Shown: positions 17,440 to 27,173 of the stretch, piece after piece
How the letters are laid out: every line of letters starts with the position of its first letter
Numbering within the stretch: position 1 is the first letter of the stretch
IMG/VR virus record: IMGVR_UViG_3300045971_000895
Coordinates: 1-64,000 of that record
DNA: 64,000 nt
Strand: one strand, 5' to 3'
From: a virus
Translations under genes and position numbers: made by a program
Notes under the pieces: generated by a model
What the model saw: the letters and a program-made list of their open reading frames with translations, nothing else
Databases searched by the model: none
Told to the model about the DNA's origin: nothing

Positions 17440-17651
17440 TCGGAACCGAAGAGATCGAGAACTGGTTCAGCTACCACACGCCCACCGAGGTCGACGTCGT
17501 GGCCTACAAGCTGATCCGCGACAAGGCCAAGGAGCTGGCGAGGGTGATCGTCAACAACACCCCGCCCAGCGCCGACCAGACGATGGCCATCCGCAAGCTG
17601 CGGGAGTGCGTGAACGTCGCCAACAGCTCAATCGCTTGTCAGGGGAAGTAG
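17440..17651 (+). CDS. hypothetical protein
   Basis: ATG preceded by AAGGAGAAG. Confidence 0.5.
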
Positions 17652-17653
17652 CC

Positions 17654-18085
17654 ATGGCCTGGGTCGTCATCGGATACGACGAAGTCCTGATGCAGGACAT
17701 GGGGGACGGCCAGGAGGTCGCCGTCGATGGCGCCCTGGAGGCCGTCAACTTCCTGCTCTCGCAGGGGCACCACATCACGGTGTGGACCGAGCGGTTCACG
17801 CCCATGCCTGACACCGAGAAGCAGCGCCTGAAGGAGCAGCTCGAGCAGGAGCTCCAGGCGCAGGGCTTCCCGCCGATGGAGGTCTGGACCGGTTCGACCA
17901 AGCCGGCCGCCGACGTCTTCATCGACAAGAAGGCGGTCACCTACGACGGCGACTGGAATCTCGTCATCGCCCAGGTCGGGGTCATGCTCGAGGAGCGTGG
18001 CCTCGCCCCGGGCCCCCAGCCGGACGACGGCAGCATGGACGGCATCGAGTCGCCGCCGGCAGGAGAGGAGCCACCCATTGGCTGA
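17654..18085 (+). CDS. hypothetical protein
   Basis: 144 aa; ATG 17654. Confidence 0.5.
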   Translation: MAWVVIGYDEVLMQDMGDGQEVAVDGALEAVNFLLSQGHHITVWTERFTPMPDTEKQRLKEQLEQELQAQGFPPMEVWTGSTKPAADVFIDKKAVTYDGDWNLVIAQVGVMLEERGLAPGPQPDDGSMDGIESPPAGEEPPIG

Positions 18086-18122
18086 GGATCCGACCAGAGG
18101 GCTGGAGAACAACGCCGCGAAC

Positions 18123-18287
18123 GTGCGGTCCGTCTACCTCTCCACGCTTCGTCCCATGTCCACCCCGCTCCTGTTGAAGGAGTACGACGCCTTCATCGCT
18201 GGGCTCATGGCGCAGGCTCCCGAAGACTTCCTCGAGGCGTTCGCCAAGCTGGTCAGGGAGCAGAAGGCCAAGACAGCGGAGGCATAG
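18123..18287 (+). CDS. hypothetical small protein
   Basis: Possible GTG start; start uncertain. Confidence 0.25.
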   Translation: MRSVYLSTLRPMSTPLLLKEYDAFIAGLMAQAPEDFLEAFAKLVREQKAKTAEA

Positions 18288-18473
18288 GTGTCACGGACTT
18301 CGGACAAGCCGCGCCGCGTGCGCGTCAACATGCGGATCCCCTCCGACCTCTTGGAGTGGGCGAAGGACTACGCCGTTGCCAAGAACAAGAACGTGACGCA
18401 GATCGTGGTCGACCACTTCACCGGGCTGAAGGAGAAGGCGAATGGCAACGGCAAGACCCCCCAGTCTCGGTGA
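18288..18473 (+). CDS. ribbon-helix-helix DNA-binding protein
   Basis: RIPSDLLEWAKDYAVAKNKNVTQIVVDHF matches the Arc/CopG pattern. Confidence 0.5.
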   Translation: MSRTSDKPRRVRVNMRIPSDLLEWAKDYAVAKNKNVTQIVVDHFTGLKEKANGNGKTPQSR

Positions 18474-19002
18474 CGAGAAGGCCGAGCTCGTGCTGGTGCG
18501 CGACTCGAAGCCGTTGCCCAAGACGCGCAACGACATCCTCACGGAGATCAGCCACATCTTCGCCCTGGGCGGTGTGCAGCGAGTCATCGTCGAGGTGGGG
18601 AAGCCGCTCCTCTTCGATCGCTTGGTGCCGAAGTCTGACGCGCCAGAAGAGGAGACGACAGAGGAGATCCCGGCCGATGCCGTCGACCTCTACGGCGCCA
18701 TGAGGAACAACGAGCTCCTCAACTTCGAGCTCAAGTACGGCTCCATGAGTGGGTACGAGGCGCTCTTCAAGGCCTGGCGCCTGCTCTCCGCGCGCAAGCT
18801 GGTGGCGAAGGGATTCCTCGTCTCCGACTTCCCTGCCCTTAGGGACTGGCTCGAGCTGGGAGAGGAGGACTCGGTGGACGACATCTACGGCGTCCCCGTC
18901 TTCAAGCATGCCGAGATCCCTGCCGACGTCATCATCCTCGTCGCCGTCGACGCCACCGACCTCGAGAGCGTGAAGCTCTCTCTTCGCATCACCCTGGACT
19001 GA
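18442..19002 (+). CDS. hypothetical protein
   Basis: 186-aa ORF. Confidence 0.5.
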   Translation: MATARPPSLGDEKAELVLVRDSKPLPKTRNDILTEISHIFALGGVQRVIVEVGKPLLFDRLVPKSDAPEEETTEEIPADAVDLYGAMRNNELLNFELKYGSMSGYEALFKAWRLLSARKLVAKGFLVSDFPALRDWLELGEEDSVDDIYGVPVFKHAEIPADVIILVAVDATDLESVKLSLRITLD

Positions 19003-19004
19003 CC

Positions 19005-19496
19005 ATGAGCGAGATCGTCAAGAAGGTTCTCGGAAGCGGCCTCATCGACAAGCACACCGCAGCGCTGATGGAGCAGTTCGGTCTGCTCGAGCCCGGCGCC
19101 TCCGACCTGGTGAACGAGGGCGCCCTCAAGGACGCCACCAAGGTCCAGATGGCGAAGCTGGCCGAGGAGTTCGCCGTCGTGGTGGAGCGCGAGCACAAGA
19201 TCAAGGAGACCTACCTCGACCTTGAGCGCATCCGCTGGCCGGCGACGGTCTACATCGAGCTCGAAGGGATGGAGGTGCCTATCCCTCGCAAGTCGCCCTT
19301 CATCGAGTGCGTGATGGACCGGCATGGTCGCTACTTCTTCCGGTACCAAGACGTGGATGGCTCGTGGTTCGCCCCTGGCCGGCGCCTCTGGCGCAAGACC
19401 CATGACTCGTTCGTGGGCGAGACTATTGTGGAGGCCACGCCGCTCTACATCGACGACAAGCCCGTGGCCATTCAGGTCACCGCGCAGGCGGTGTGA
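19005..19496 (+). CDS. hypothetical protein
   Basis: 163-aa ORF. Confidence 0.5.
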   Translation: MSEIVKKVLGSGLIDKHTAALMEQFGLLEPGASDLVNEGALKDATKVQMAKLAEEFAVVVEREHKIKETYLDLERIRWPATVYIELEGMEVPIPRKSPFIECVMDRHGRYFFRYQDVDGSWFAPGRRLWRKTHDSFVGETIVEATPLYIDDKPVAIQVTAQAV

Positions 19497-19783
19497 TGGA
19501 ATGGGACCTGCCAACGTTGAAGCGGGAAGTCGAGGAGAAGACCCTCGACTTGGCGGCCTTCTACAAGGCCCGGGAGACGATCCGCCAGAGGGTGCTGGAG
19601 GTGAGGGACTCGCCCAGCCAGCTGACGCCGCTGCCAACGTGGAGCGGGACGGACGCGGTGCTGGGGAGCCTGGACCTGTCCATCCACGCGATGGAGCGGA
19701 CCCTGACCGAGCTCAAGGGGATGCTGAGCGAGGCGCAAGCCGCGGCGCCGCGGCTCCAGCTGGTCGACGGAGGTCTCGAGTGA
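19493..19783 (+). CDS. hypothetical protein
   Basis: TGATG overlap. Confidence 0.45.
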   Translation: MMEWDLPTLKREVEEKTLDLAAFYKARETIRQRVLEVRDSPSQLTPLPTWSGTDAVLGSLDLSIHAMERTLTELKGMLSEAQAAAPRLQLVDGGLE

Positions 19784-20439
19784 GCAACGCCACCCACGAG
19801 GAGCTGAACCTCCGGTCGGCCCTTTTGGGTACCGGCCTCATCCAGCCGGTGGACTCCGCCTTGACGCGGAGCGGCAAGCGGTCCTCCCTCGAGGTCCTGT
19901 GCCGGCAGGTGCCCGGTCAGGAGGCACCTTGGCTCCAGATCGTGGACGGGCTGCTGGAGGCCTTCGAGTCCTCCAAGGTGTCCTTCCACGTTTGCCGCCG
20001 ATACCTGAGGAAGAACGGGAAGATGGCCTTCGGCTGGCACGTCCAGTTGTCCGGCTCGATGTCCGAGATCAAGTCCGGGGTCCGGGACGCCATTGAAGTC
20101 CTCGCCCAGGCCCGCCCGACCCTCGATGCGCCGATGCCCCGCCCGCGCGCCGCGCGGCCCGCTGCGGCCCTGCGAGCGCCTGACCCGGACGAAGAGGCGC
20201 CCTTGGGAGATGCGGGGCCTGCGCGGGCGCCTGGTGCGCCGGCGAAGCTCCTGGCGCCGCCTCCCAACCTCAAGGTGCGGCTCCGGGTGACGCGGAACGA
20301 TGTCGACGAGGAGACGGGTCGCCCGTACCTCGTGGAGGAGATGCCCCTGCCGCACGTGTACCAGGAGATGAACAAGCCCACCGAGGGCGGCCGCGGTGCC
20401 ACCAAGACGGCCGGCGGCGAGAAGCCGAGGAGACGGTAG
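19780..20439 (+). CDS. hypothetical protein
   Basis: GTG start; GTGA overlap. Confidence 0.45.
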   Translation: MSNATHEELNLRSALLGTGLIQPVDSALTRSGKRSSLEVLCRQVPGQEAPWLQIVDGLLEAFESSKVSFHVCRRYLRKNGKMAFGWHVQLSGSMSEIKSGVRDAIEVLAQARPTLDAPMPRPRAARPAAALRAPDPDEEAPLGDAGPARAPGAPAKLLAPPPNLKVRLRVTRNDVDEETGRPYLVEEMPLPHVYQEMNKPTEGGRGATKTAGGEKPRRR

Positions 20440-21129
20440 ATGGCTGAGACCTTCAAGACGTTGGGGAACAAGCTCCACCTGCCCGCCGGCGCGGCGCCGC
20501 CAGGGAGCCGGTTTGAGGTCACCGAGGAGACCCGCCAGGCCAGCAAGGAGCAGCTCGAGCGGGCCGCCACGACGAAGGAGGACCCTGAGGTCGTCGACCT
20601 CATCGCTGGCAAGGCCAGGGCGAGGTGGAAGATCGAGATCAACTTCCTCTCCGACCGGACCAACCACAGGCCCTGCGCCTACATGTGCCAGGTGTGGGAG
20701 AGCGGCAAGGCGCTCAACGGGGACGGCGACGCCCTCTGCTGGTGGTGTCTCAACTCCGACCCGAAGTCGAACGAGGGTTGCCGTTCCATCATCCCGCAGG
20801 ATTCGGTGAAGGCCGGCATCGCGATGTGCCCGAACTGCAAGAGGATGATCAACGCCGAGAAGCTCACCGACATGACCGGGGGCAACGTCCGCATGGACGT
20901 CCTCGCCACCTACATCGCCAACCTCTTCAGGAAGCTCGGCTCCAACGCCGACATCTACCTGAAGTACCACAAGACCGATCCCCGCTACGTGGCGCTCGAG
21001 CGGGCCAAGGGAGAGCTCGTGGCGAGGAAACTGAAGGGGATGCACATCTACCCGCTGCACCGGCTCCTCACCGACATCTCTGCCGGCGCCGACCTCACGA
21101 AGCGAATGAAGGCTTTCCTCCTGTCGTAG
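20440..21129 (+). CDS. Cys-rich hypothetical protein
   Basis: 229 aa with several CxxC pairs. Confidence 0.5.
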   Translation: MAETFKTLGNKLHLPAGAAPPGSRFEVTEETRQASKEQLERAATTKEDPEVVDLIAGKARARWKIEINFLSDRTNHRPCAYMCQVWESGKALNGDGDALCWWCLNSDPKSNEGCRSIIPQDSVKAGIAMCPNCKRMINAEKLTDMTGGNVRMDVLATYIANLFRKLGSNADIYLKYHKTDPRYVALERAKGELVARKLKGMHIYPLHRLLTDISAGADLTKRMKAFLLS

Positions 21130-21149
21130 CTGCCGCCTACACTCTCGTC

Positions 21150-21668
21150 ATGAACAAGCTCGCCTTCCACTCGATGATGCTGAAGCTGGCCTTCAAGCTC
21201 AACCCCCAGGGGAAGGCCGAGGTCAAGGCCGAGTCCCACTTCTCGGCTGAGAAGCCGAACTGGGATGGCTTCGTGAAGAACCTGAAGAGCACCAACTTCA
21301 GGAAGGCCATCCTCGGCGCCGAGCAGGCCGACCCGAAGCTGAAGAAGTACGTGAAGAACTTCGGCGGCTACGTCTCCTCGAAGGACGAGCTGGCCCGCAT
21401 CAAGTCGAAGGACTCCGGCAAGACGTACATCGTGAAGGACCTCCACAGCGGTCGCTGGGGCTGCAACTGCGGGGACTGGCAGTACATCCACTCGGTCAAG
21501 GGCGGGGACTGCAAGCACATCAAGTCCGTCAAGAAGTCGAAGCTGGTGAAGGCTGCCTCGCTCACCACCGCAGCTCAGGGATTCGCTGCGGTGACCCGTG
21601 CCGTGCGCCAGAGGGAGAAGGGCCTCCAGGCGAAGCAGACGGTGAAGGCGTTCAACGCTCCACGATGA
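21150..21668 (+). CDS. SWIM zinc-finger protein
   Basis: GRWGCNCGDWQYIHSVKGGDCKHI matches the SWIM CxCx(n)CxH motif. Confidence 0.5.
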   Translation: MNKLAFHSMMLKLAFKLNPQGKAEVKAESHFSAEKPNWDGFVKNLKSTNFRKAILGAEQADPKLKKYVKNFGGYVSSKDELARIKSKDSGKTYIVKDLHSGRWGCNCGDWQYIHSVKGGDCKHIKSVKKSKLVKAASLTTAAQGFAAVTRAVRQREKGLQAKQTVKAFNAPR

Positions 21669-21805
21669 GGGCTAAGGAAACAATCACGGCCACCGCCTTC
21701 TGGCGCAAGGTGCCCCGTCACCACGGTGGTCCGGCGGACTCGCCGCCTCTCGCGCGACTGCGCGAATCTCACACCACCTTCTGCCACTGAACTGAGGATC
21801 TTTGC

Positions 21806-22135
21806 ATGGCCACTTTCACCGAACTCCATGAGCGACTGGTCGCCGCACGAAACCGCAAGGCGGTTCTCCAGATGCTCGTCGAGCACATCGACAACAACTT
21901 CATCCCCTCCGGGCCGGCGAAGGCCGAGAGGGTGCTCCTCAACGACGACAGGCTCGCTGTCCCGCAGGAGATGTTCGAAGCAGTCATCGCCGACACTCTC
22001 GATGCCGAGATCGAGCAGCTCAACCAAGAGATCACCCGCATCACCAACACCGAGCTCGCGCAGAAGACAGCTACCCCGAAGGCCGAGCCAGAGAAGAAGA
22101 CCAAGAAGTCCCACAAGAACCAGGAGGCAACGTGA
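21806..22135 (+). CDS. hypothetical protein
   Basis: 109-aa ORF following a 137-bp gap. Confidence 0.5.
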   Translation: MATFTELHERLVAARNRKAVLQMLVEHIDNNFIPSGPAKAERVLLNDDRLAVPQEMFEAVIADTLDAEIEQLNQEITRITNTELAQKTATPKAEPEKKTKKSHKNQEAT

Positions 22136-22686
22136 GCGAAGAGACGGCAGAGGTGGAGGTCGGCAGCCCCGGGACCATCGAGGTCCCCTCGGAGACTGTC
22201 GAGAGGAAGCCCACCAAGATCGAAGAGAAGCGCCGGAAGATCTACATCGACCGGATGCAGCGCCACATGGCCAAGGGGCTGACGGTCGAGCAGGCGCACA
22301 TGAAGATCCAGGAGGAGGACTACGAGCGCCTCCCCATCGAGGCCAAGCTGAAGCGCCTCGAGATGGCCTGCATGCAGGCCATTCAGCGTCTCGCTGGAGA
22401 GCTGGGCAGCCTCCAGAACAACGACCAGGTCATCGCCGACGCCATGGACTCCAACTTCCGCGCCATCACCAAGGCGCTCGTGAAGCTCGGCGTCACCGGC
22501 GAGGAGCAGGTCGCCTTCCTCAAGGAGGCCGAGGAGGAGATCAAGAAGGACCGCGAGAACCAGCAGAAGGTGCGGGAAGCGCACGCGGCCGCAGTGCAGG
22601 AGGAGGCCACGAAGGCCCAGGTGGAGAAGACCATCAACCAGCCCGGGGAGGCCTCGATCCCCGACGGCGCCACGGAGTTCGCATGA
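22132..22686 (+). CDS. hypothetical protein
   Basis: 184-aa ORF. Confidence 0.5.
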   Translation: MSEETAEVEVGSPGTIEVPSETVERKPTKIEEKRRKIYIDRMQRHMAKGLTVEQAHMKIQEEDYERLPIEAKLKRLEMACMQAIQRLAGELGSLQNNDQVIADAMDSNFRAITKALVKLGVTGEEQVAFLKEAEEEIKKDRENQQKVREAHAAAVQEEATKAQVEKTINQPGEASIPDGATEFA

Positions 22687-23222
22687 GCAGCTTCGACATC
22701 GCTCTCCCCGTCATCCTGAAGCACGAGGTGGACCCGGTCCTGGGCCCGTACTGCAACGTGGAGGAGGACCATGGCGGCCCCACCTGCTACGGCGTCACCA
22801 TCGCGGAGTACCGGCGCTACAAGCCCGGCGCGACGGTGGAGGACCTGAAGAACATCCCGATGTCGGACGTCTACACCATCTTCAAGGCCAACTACTGGCA
22901 GCCGCTCGGCCTCGACGAGGTGAACAGCCAGATAGTGGCGACGAAGCTCGCCGACATCGCCATCAACGGCGGGCCCGGTGCTGCCTCTGCCATCGCCCAG
23001 CGCGCCTGCATCGCCTGCGGCCAGGCGGTGAAGGTGGACGGCTGGATCGGTCCCAACACCCGGGCCGCCATCAACGCCATCCCGCCGAAGGATCTCCTGG
23101 TGGCGATCAAGGAGCAGCAGCGGGACTTCTACCTGGACATCGTCCAGCACGACAAGACCCAGCTGACCTTCCTCTACAACTGGATGCGCCGCTCCGAGTG
23201 GCCCCAGCCCGGCGAGGCCTGA
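22683..23222 (+). CDS. endolysin: GH108 lysozyme-like domain plus PG_binding_3 peptidoglycan-binding domain
   Basis: N-terminal ILKHE..DP..GG.T.YG.T pattern of Glyco_hydro_108. C-terminal GQAVKVDGWIGPNTRAAI matches the peptidoglycan-binding motif. Confidence 0.7.
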   Translation: MSSFDIALPVILKHEVDPVLGPYCNVEEDHGGPTCYGVTIAEYRRYKPGATVEDLKNIPMSDVYTIFKANYWQPLGLDEVNSQIVATKLADIAINGGPGAASAIAQRACIACGQAVKVDGWIGPNTRAAINAIPPKDLLVAIKEQQRDFYLDIVQHDKTQLTFLYNWMRRSEWPQPGEA

Positions 23223-23264
23223 GAGGTAAGGAAGGAGGGGGCCCTTGCGGGCCCCCTCCAGCAT

Positions 23265-24332
23265 CTACTCGATGTCGATGACGCGGCCGAACTGGCCCGC
23301 ACGCACCGACCGAATGCCAGCCTGCTTCGCAGTCTCATCCACCGCCAGTTCGGACATCGCGGCAAGGAGACTGCGAACCTCGTCCGTGGAGTGATTCACC
23401 TGCTCCGCGGTGAGCTGCCAGTCGGTCTCTCCATTCCCGCCCTGCTTCAAGAACCGGGCGCGGATGGACTTAATCGTGTCCTCGAAGGTTGAGGTCCCCG
23501 AGAAGTTGACCGCCGAGAAGGTCTCGAAGGCCTCGAAGAGAGGCCGGAGGTTCTTGGGGTTCAGCTTGCCGTTGGTCTCGAGCAACCTCTTGGCCTGCGA
23601 GGCTGCCTCTCCGAGCTGCTGATGCATCATGACGGAGACTTCGCTCACCCAGTGGTTGAGGTCCCGTCGCACCCTGTTCTGCTCAGCGAGCAGCGTCTCA
23701 GCATCCAGGGTGGACATCGACTCCACGCCCTCGAGCGGCGTCATCTTGAACATGCGCCACTCGAAGTTGTAGCGGCTGCGCAGGTGCGAGACGTCCGGGT
23801 ACAGGGTGCGGTTGATGGCCTCCTGCTGCTTCACCCAGATGTCGAGCTCCTTCACCTTCGCTGCGTACGCGTAGGGGGCGACCTTGTTGGCCTCCTTCTC
23901 CGCGATGTTGCGTGCCTGCTGGGTGAGCTTCTCGAGCTGCTCCTCCTTGAAGCGAGGGTAGCCCGCGATGAGGTCGTCCACGGCGACATCCCACTGCGCC
24001 TTGAACTCCTGGAGTCTCCGCAGTACCTCGCGCAGCGCGTGGTAGGAGACGTACTTCGCATTCCCGATTGGGAACGGGACGGAGCGGTTGTCGAGGAACC
24101 TCCGCGCATGCCCCTCGATGAACTGGAGACGCTCTTGTGCCTGACGCGGCAGGAGCTTCTTGTGCCCGATGTAGAAGGCACTCTTGTCGACCTCGTCGAT
24201 GAGGAGGTCGCTCTCGTTCATCTTCTTGTTCGCGGTCCAGCGACCGATGTAGAGATGAAACAGCGTACCGGTATCAAAGAGAACGCGGGTGATGCCGCTC
24301 TCCTGCCGGACGGACACAGGAGGGTTGGGCAC
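23265..24332 (-). CDS. hypothetical protein (DUF3150-like?)
   Basis: 355-aa ORF; last gene of the AAA cassette. Confidence 0.55.
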   Translation of the reverse strand: MPNPPVSVRQESGITRVLFDTGTLFHLYIGRWTANKKMNESDLLIDEVDKSAFYIGHKKLLPRQAQERLQFIEGHARRFLDNRSVPFPIGNAKYVSYHALREVLRRLQEFKAQWDVAVDDLIAGYPRFKEEQLEKLTQQARNIAEKEANKVAPYAYAAKVKELDIWVKQQEAINRTLYPDVSHLRSRYNFEWRMFKMTPLEGVESMSTLDAETLLAEQNRVRRDLNHWVSEVSVMMHQQLGEAASQAKRLLETNGKLNPKNLRPLFEAFETFSAVNFSGTSTFEDTIKSIRARFLKQGGNGETDWQLTAEQVNHSTDEVRSLLAAMSELAVDETAKQAGIRSVRAGQFGRVIDIE

Positions 24333-24333
24333 C

Positions 24334-24537
24334 CTACCCCCCGGTGTGCGAGTGGTCGTGCGACTCGATCTTCTGGCTGCCCTCGGGCTTCATGTCGCGC
24401 TTCTCCACCTTGCCGAGAGCGTCCTCGAGGGACTTGGTCTCCGCGAGGCAGGCGTTGCCCACGAAGCCGCGGGTCGGCTCGGCCTTGACCGTTCCGTCCT
24501 TGGCGATGGTGACCTTGATCTCCTTCAACGTTGCCAT
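24334..24537 (-). CDS. DUF2997-like small protein
   Basis: MATLKEIKVTIAKDGTVKAE...GNACLAETKSLEDALG matches the DUF2997 pattern (MxxIEIxIxPDGxV...G..C...T..LE.ALG). Confidence 0.5.
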   Translation of the reverse strand: MATLKEIKVTIAKDGTVKAEPTRGFVGNACLAETKSLEDALGKVEKRDMKPEGSQKIESHDHSHTGG

Positions 24538-24546
24538 GCTTCCTCC

Positions 24547-25101
24547 TTACAGCGTGATCACTCGGCCATGCCGAATGCGGGTGTCGTTGCGCTGCGCTGC
24601 CTGAACGTCTTCGTCGGAAGCCAGGCGCCGGCGCGGGCCGGTCTGCGCGGGGGCTCCGGCGTCCATCTTCTCGAGCTCCTCACCGGCGCGGAAGCGCCGC
24701 ATGATCCCGGCCACCTCGCTCTGGATGAGGTCGAGGTGCTTGCAGTGCCGGGGCTTGGGCAGCCCGGTCTCCTTGTCCTTGCGCTGGAAGACCCAACCCA
24801 TGCAGTTGCAGCGCAGGGTTCCGTCTTCCTCGAGGCGCGTCTCGTAGTTCACGATGAAGCCGCCCCTGGGCTGGCTCGATGCAAAGGCCCAGGTGTAGAC
24901 CGGCTCCCCGTACTCTCTCTTGGCAGGGTCGCTGTTGGTGGTGTCCCTGCCAGTCCTGACACTGCGGCGTGGCATGTTGATCTTCCTCCTCTGGCGTGAG
25001 GGGAGAGGAGCCGGCACCTCCTCTTCGAAGGGCCGGACCCTCTCCTCGTAGAGCCGGTGCGAGAGGTCGGCGATCTGGTCGATCACTCGCCTTCTCGGCA
25101 T
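24547..25101 (-). CDS. SWIM zinc-finger protein
   Basis: LRCNCMGWVFQ...RHCKHL follows the CxCx(n)CxH pattern. Confidence 0.5.
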   Translation of the reverse strand: MPRRRVIDQIADLSHRLYEERVRPFEEEVPAPLPSRQRRKINMPRRSVRTGRDTTNSDPAKREYGEPVYTWAFASSQPRGGFIVNYETRLEEDGTLRCNCMGWVFQRKDKETGLPKPRHCKHLDLIQSEVAGIMRRFRAGEELEKMDAGAPAQTGPRRRLASDEDVQAAQRNDTRIRHGRVITL

Positions 25102-25105
25102 GGCT

Positions 25106-25531
25106 CTACCCGTAGCGCTGCGCCGTGAGCTCGATCTCGCCGGTCTTCAGGACCTGGCGCTGCACCTGGTAGCCCTTGGCCTGGAGCTGGCCAGTGGACA
25201 CCTTCTCGGCGTAGTACTGCGCGACGAGATTCTGGTGCTCCTGCGGGAAGCCATCCATGTCGACGTGGACGTCGTACCCGCCCTCCTTGTTGCGCTCGTA
25301 GCCCAGGTCGTTGGACGCCACGTAGCGGCCGAGCTTCTCGCCCTGCGCCGCCTTGCGGACCACGATGTTGGCCTTGAGGTTCGCCTTCTGCCCAGCGTAG
25401 TTGAGGAGGTCCACCTTCTTGTCCCCATGGGACTCGACCTTGCCCTCACCGAAGTGCTGGACCAGCGCTGCCACCAGCTCAGCCTCGAACTTCTGCTGCG
25501 CCTGGATGTTCAAACGAACGTAGTGGGACAC
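25106..25531 (-). CDS. DUF1257 (Ycf35)-like protein
   Basis: Begins MSHYVRLNIQ, like the characteristic MSHF.xI start; about 140 aa. Confidence 0.5.
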   Translation of the reverse strand: MSHYVRLNIQAQQKFEAELVAALVQHFGEGKVESHGDKKVDLLNYAGQKANLKANIVVRKAAQGEKLGRYVASNDLGYERNKEGGYDVHVDMDGFPQEHQNLVAQYYAEKVSTGQLQAKGYQVQRQVLKTGEIELTAQRYG

Positions 25532-25577
25532 TGCATTCTCCTTTCGTGAGACATCAACCTACTGCGAGGGTACGACA

Positions 25578-27173
25578 TCAGGCGTCGATGCGACGACCAG
25601 CGACGCCCATCTGGGCCTGGACGGAGACCTCCTTGCGGTTGGCGGGGCGGGTGCGCGCAGCGCACCAGTTGCGGAGGAGCTGGAGCCTCTCCAGCATCGT
25701 CTTGGCGATCGGCTGCGTGGAATCGAAGGCCTCCTGGAGGTCCACGGAGTTGAGGTCCCTGTTGTTGTGGTAGGCGACCCGCATGGCCTGCTCGATAGCT
25801 CCGTCGATCTCTGCGCCGGTGAAGTCCTTGCTGGTCTCGCCGGCGAAGTGGTCGAGGTCGATCTTGGCGGGAGTGCCACCGACGTGCTGGTAGAGCGCTT
25901 CCCGGTTGCGGCGCTTGATGTGAATCATGAGGATCTCCCTCCGCTCCTTCTTGGTCGGAAGGTCGATGGAGAACATCTCGTCGAAGCGGCCCTTGCGGAG
26001 GAGCTCCGGGGGCAGCATCGTCACATCGTTGGCGGTGGCTACCACGAAGACCGGGCTGGTCTTCTCCTGCATCCAGGTGAGCAGCGTGCCGAGCACGCGT
26101 GCCGAGACGCCAGAGTCACCGTGACCACCTGAGGCACCTGCGGCCCCCTTCTCGATCTCGTCGAGCCAGAGGACGCAGGGGGACATCGCTTCCGCGAGGC
26201 GAATGGCCATGCGGATGTTGGCCTCGGAGGAGCCGACGAGGGACTGGTAGAGCTTGCCCATGTCGAGCTTCAGCAGCGGCTTGCCCAGCGCGGCCGCGGC
26301 CACCTTCGAGAAGAGCGACTTGCCGGTGCCAGGAGGACCGACCAGCAGAACGCCCTTGGGGTACGCCAGGCCGAAGTCGAGCGCCTCCTTCGTGAAGGCG
26401 CGCTGGAGCGGCCGCACCCAGTCCTTCAGCTCCTCCATGCCGCCGATGACCTCGAGGCCCGCCGGGACATCGCGGATGTACTCGAGCAGCTGGCTCTTGC
26501 GGAGCGCGAAGCACTTCTCCCGGATGACGATGGCCGGGTCCCACAGGTCCTCGAGCTTCCGCTTCCCCTGCTTCCGGGGCTCGATGATGGACAGCGTGAA
26601 GGCGTTCTCGGCTTCCTGCGTGGTGAGCCCCTTGGCAGCGTCGATGAGGAGCTTCTTGCGATCTGCATCGGGACGCTTGTCGGCGGCGATGCCGGAAGCC
26701 TCGAAGATGCCGTCCAGCACCGCGGTGAGGCTCTCCTCGTCCGGGAGCGGAGCCTCGAGCAGCGTGATCTCCTTCTCGACCTCCGGCGGCAGGACGACGA
26801 CTGGCGAGAGGATGATGATCATCTTCCTCGTCAGCTTCATCTCGGGGATGACGTCCAGGAGCAGCGCCTGCACGTTGAGGTCCGGGAGGAAGTGGTGGAA
26901 CTGGCGAAGGACCAGGATGGAGTCCTGTGGCAGGTCCTTGATCTTCTCCAGGGCTGTGGTGGGCATCCCGGTTCCCTGGAGGGGAGCCGTGGTGCGCCTG
27001 GAGTCCTCGATGATGCCCTTGTTGATGGTCCAGAAGAACATCTTGCGCTTCAGGACGTCCGCCGCCTGGCGGATCTCCCGCAGCGTTCTCTGGTCCTCGA
27101 GGCTCTGGAGGTAGATGGCGGCGTAGCCCGCCTTCCCTCGCACCTCAAGCAAGTCGATCAGCTTCTCGGTCAT
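25578..27173 (-). CDS. AAA+ ATPase (classical clade, CDC48/FtsH-like module)
   Basis: Walker A GPPGTGKS. Walker B VLWLDEIE. Second region of homology [19 protein letters not shown]. About 250-aa unknown N-terminal domain. Confidence 0.85.
   Translation of the reverse strand: MTEKLIDLLEVRGKAGYAAIYLQSLEDQRTLREIRQAADVLKRKMFFWTINKGIIEDSRRTTAPLQGTGMPTTALEKIKDLPQDSILVLRQFHHFLPDLNVQALLLDVIPEMKLTRKMIIILSPVVVLPPEVEKEITLLEAPLPDEESLTAVLDGIFEASGIAADKRPDADRKKLLIDAAKGLTTQEAENAFTLSIIEPRKQGKRKLEDLWDPAIVIREKCFALRKSQLLEYIRDVPAGLEVIGGMEELKDWVRPLQRAFTKEALDFGLAYPKGVLLVGPPGTGKSLFSKVAAAALGKPLLKLDMGKLYQSLVGSSEANIRMAIRLAEAMSPCVLWLDEIEKGAAGASGGHGDSGVSARVLGTLLTWMQEKTSPVFVVATANDVTMLPPELLRKGRFDEMFSIDLPTKKERREILMIHIKRRNREALYQHVGGTPAKIDLDHFAGETSKDFTGAEIDGAIEQAMRVAYHNNRDLNSVDLQEAFDSTQPIAKTMLERLQLLRNWCAARTRPANRKEVSVQAQMGVAGRRIDA

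Noticed and set aside
19561-21060. 499-aa minus-strand ORF inside the plus-strand block, with similar long antisense ORFs at 61145..62821, 57000..60222, 52991..55495, 41615..43708 and 37327..39108
   Set aside because: All are antisense to well-supported genes with recognisable domains. Their translations are low-complexity. Long spurious ORFs are expected in the reverse frames of high-GC coding DNA.
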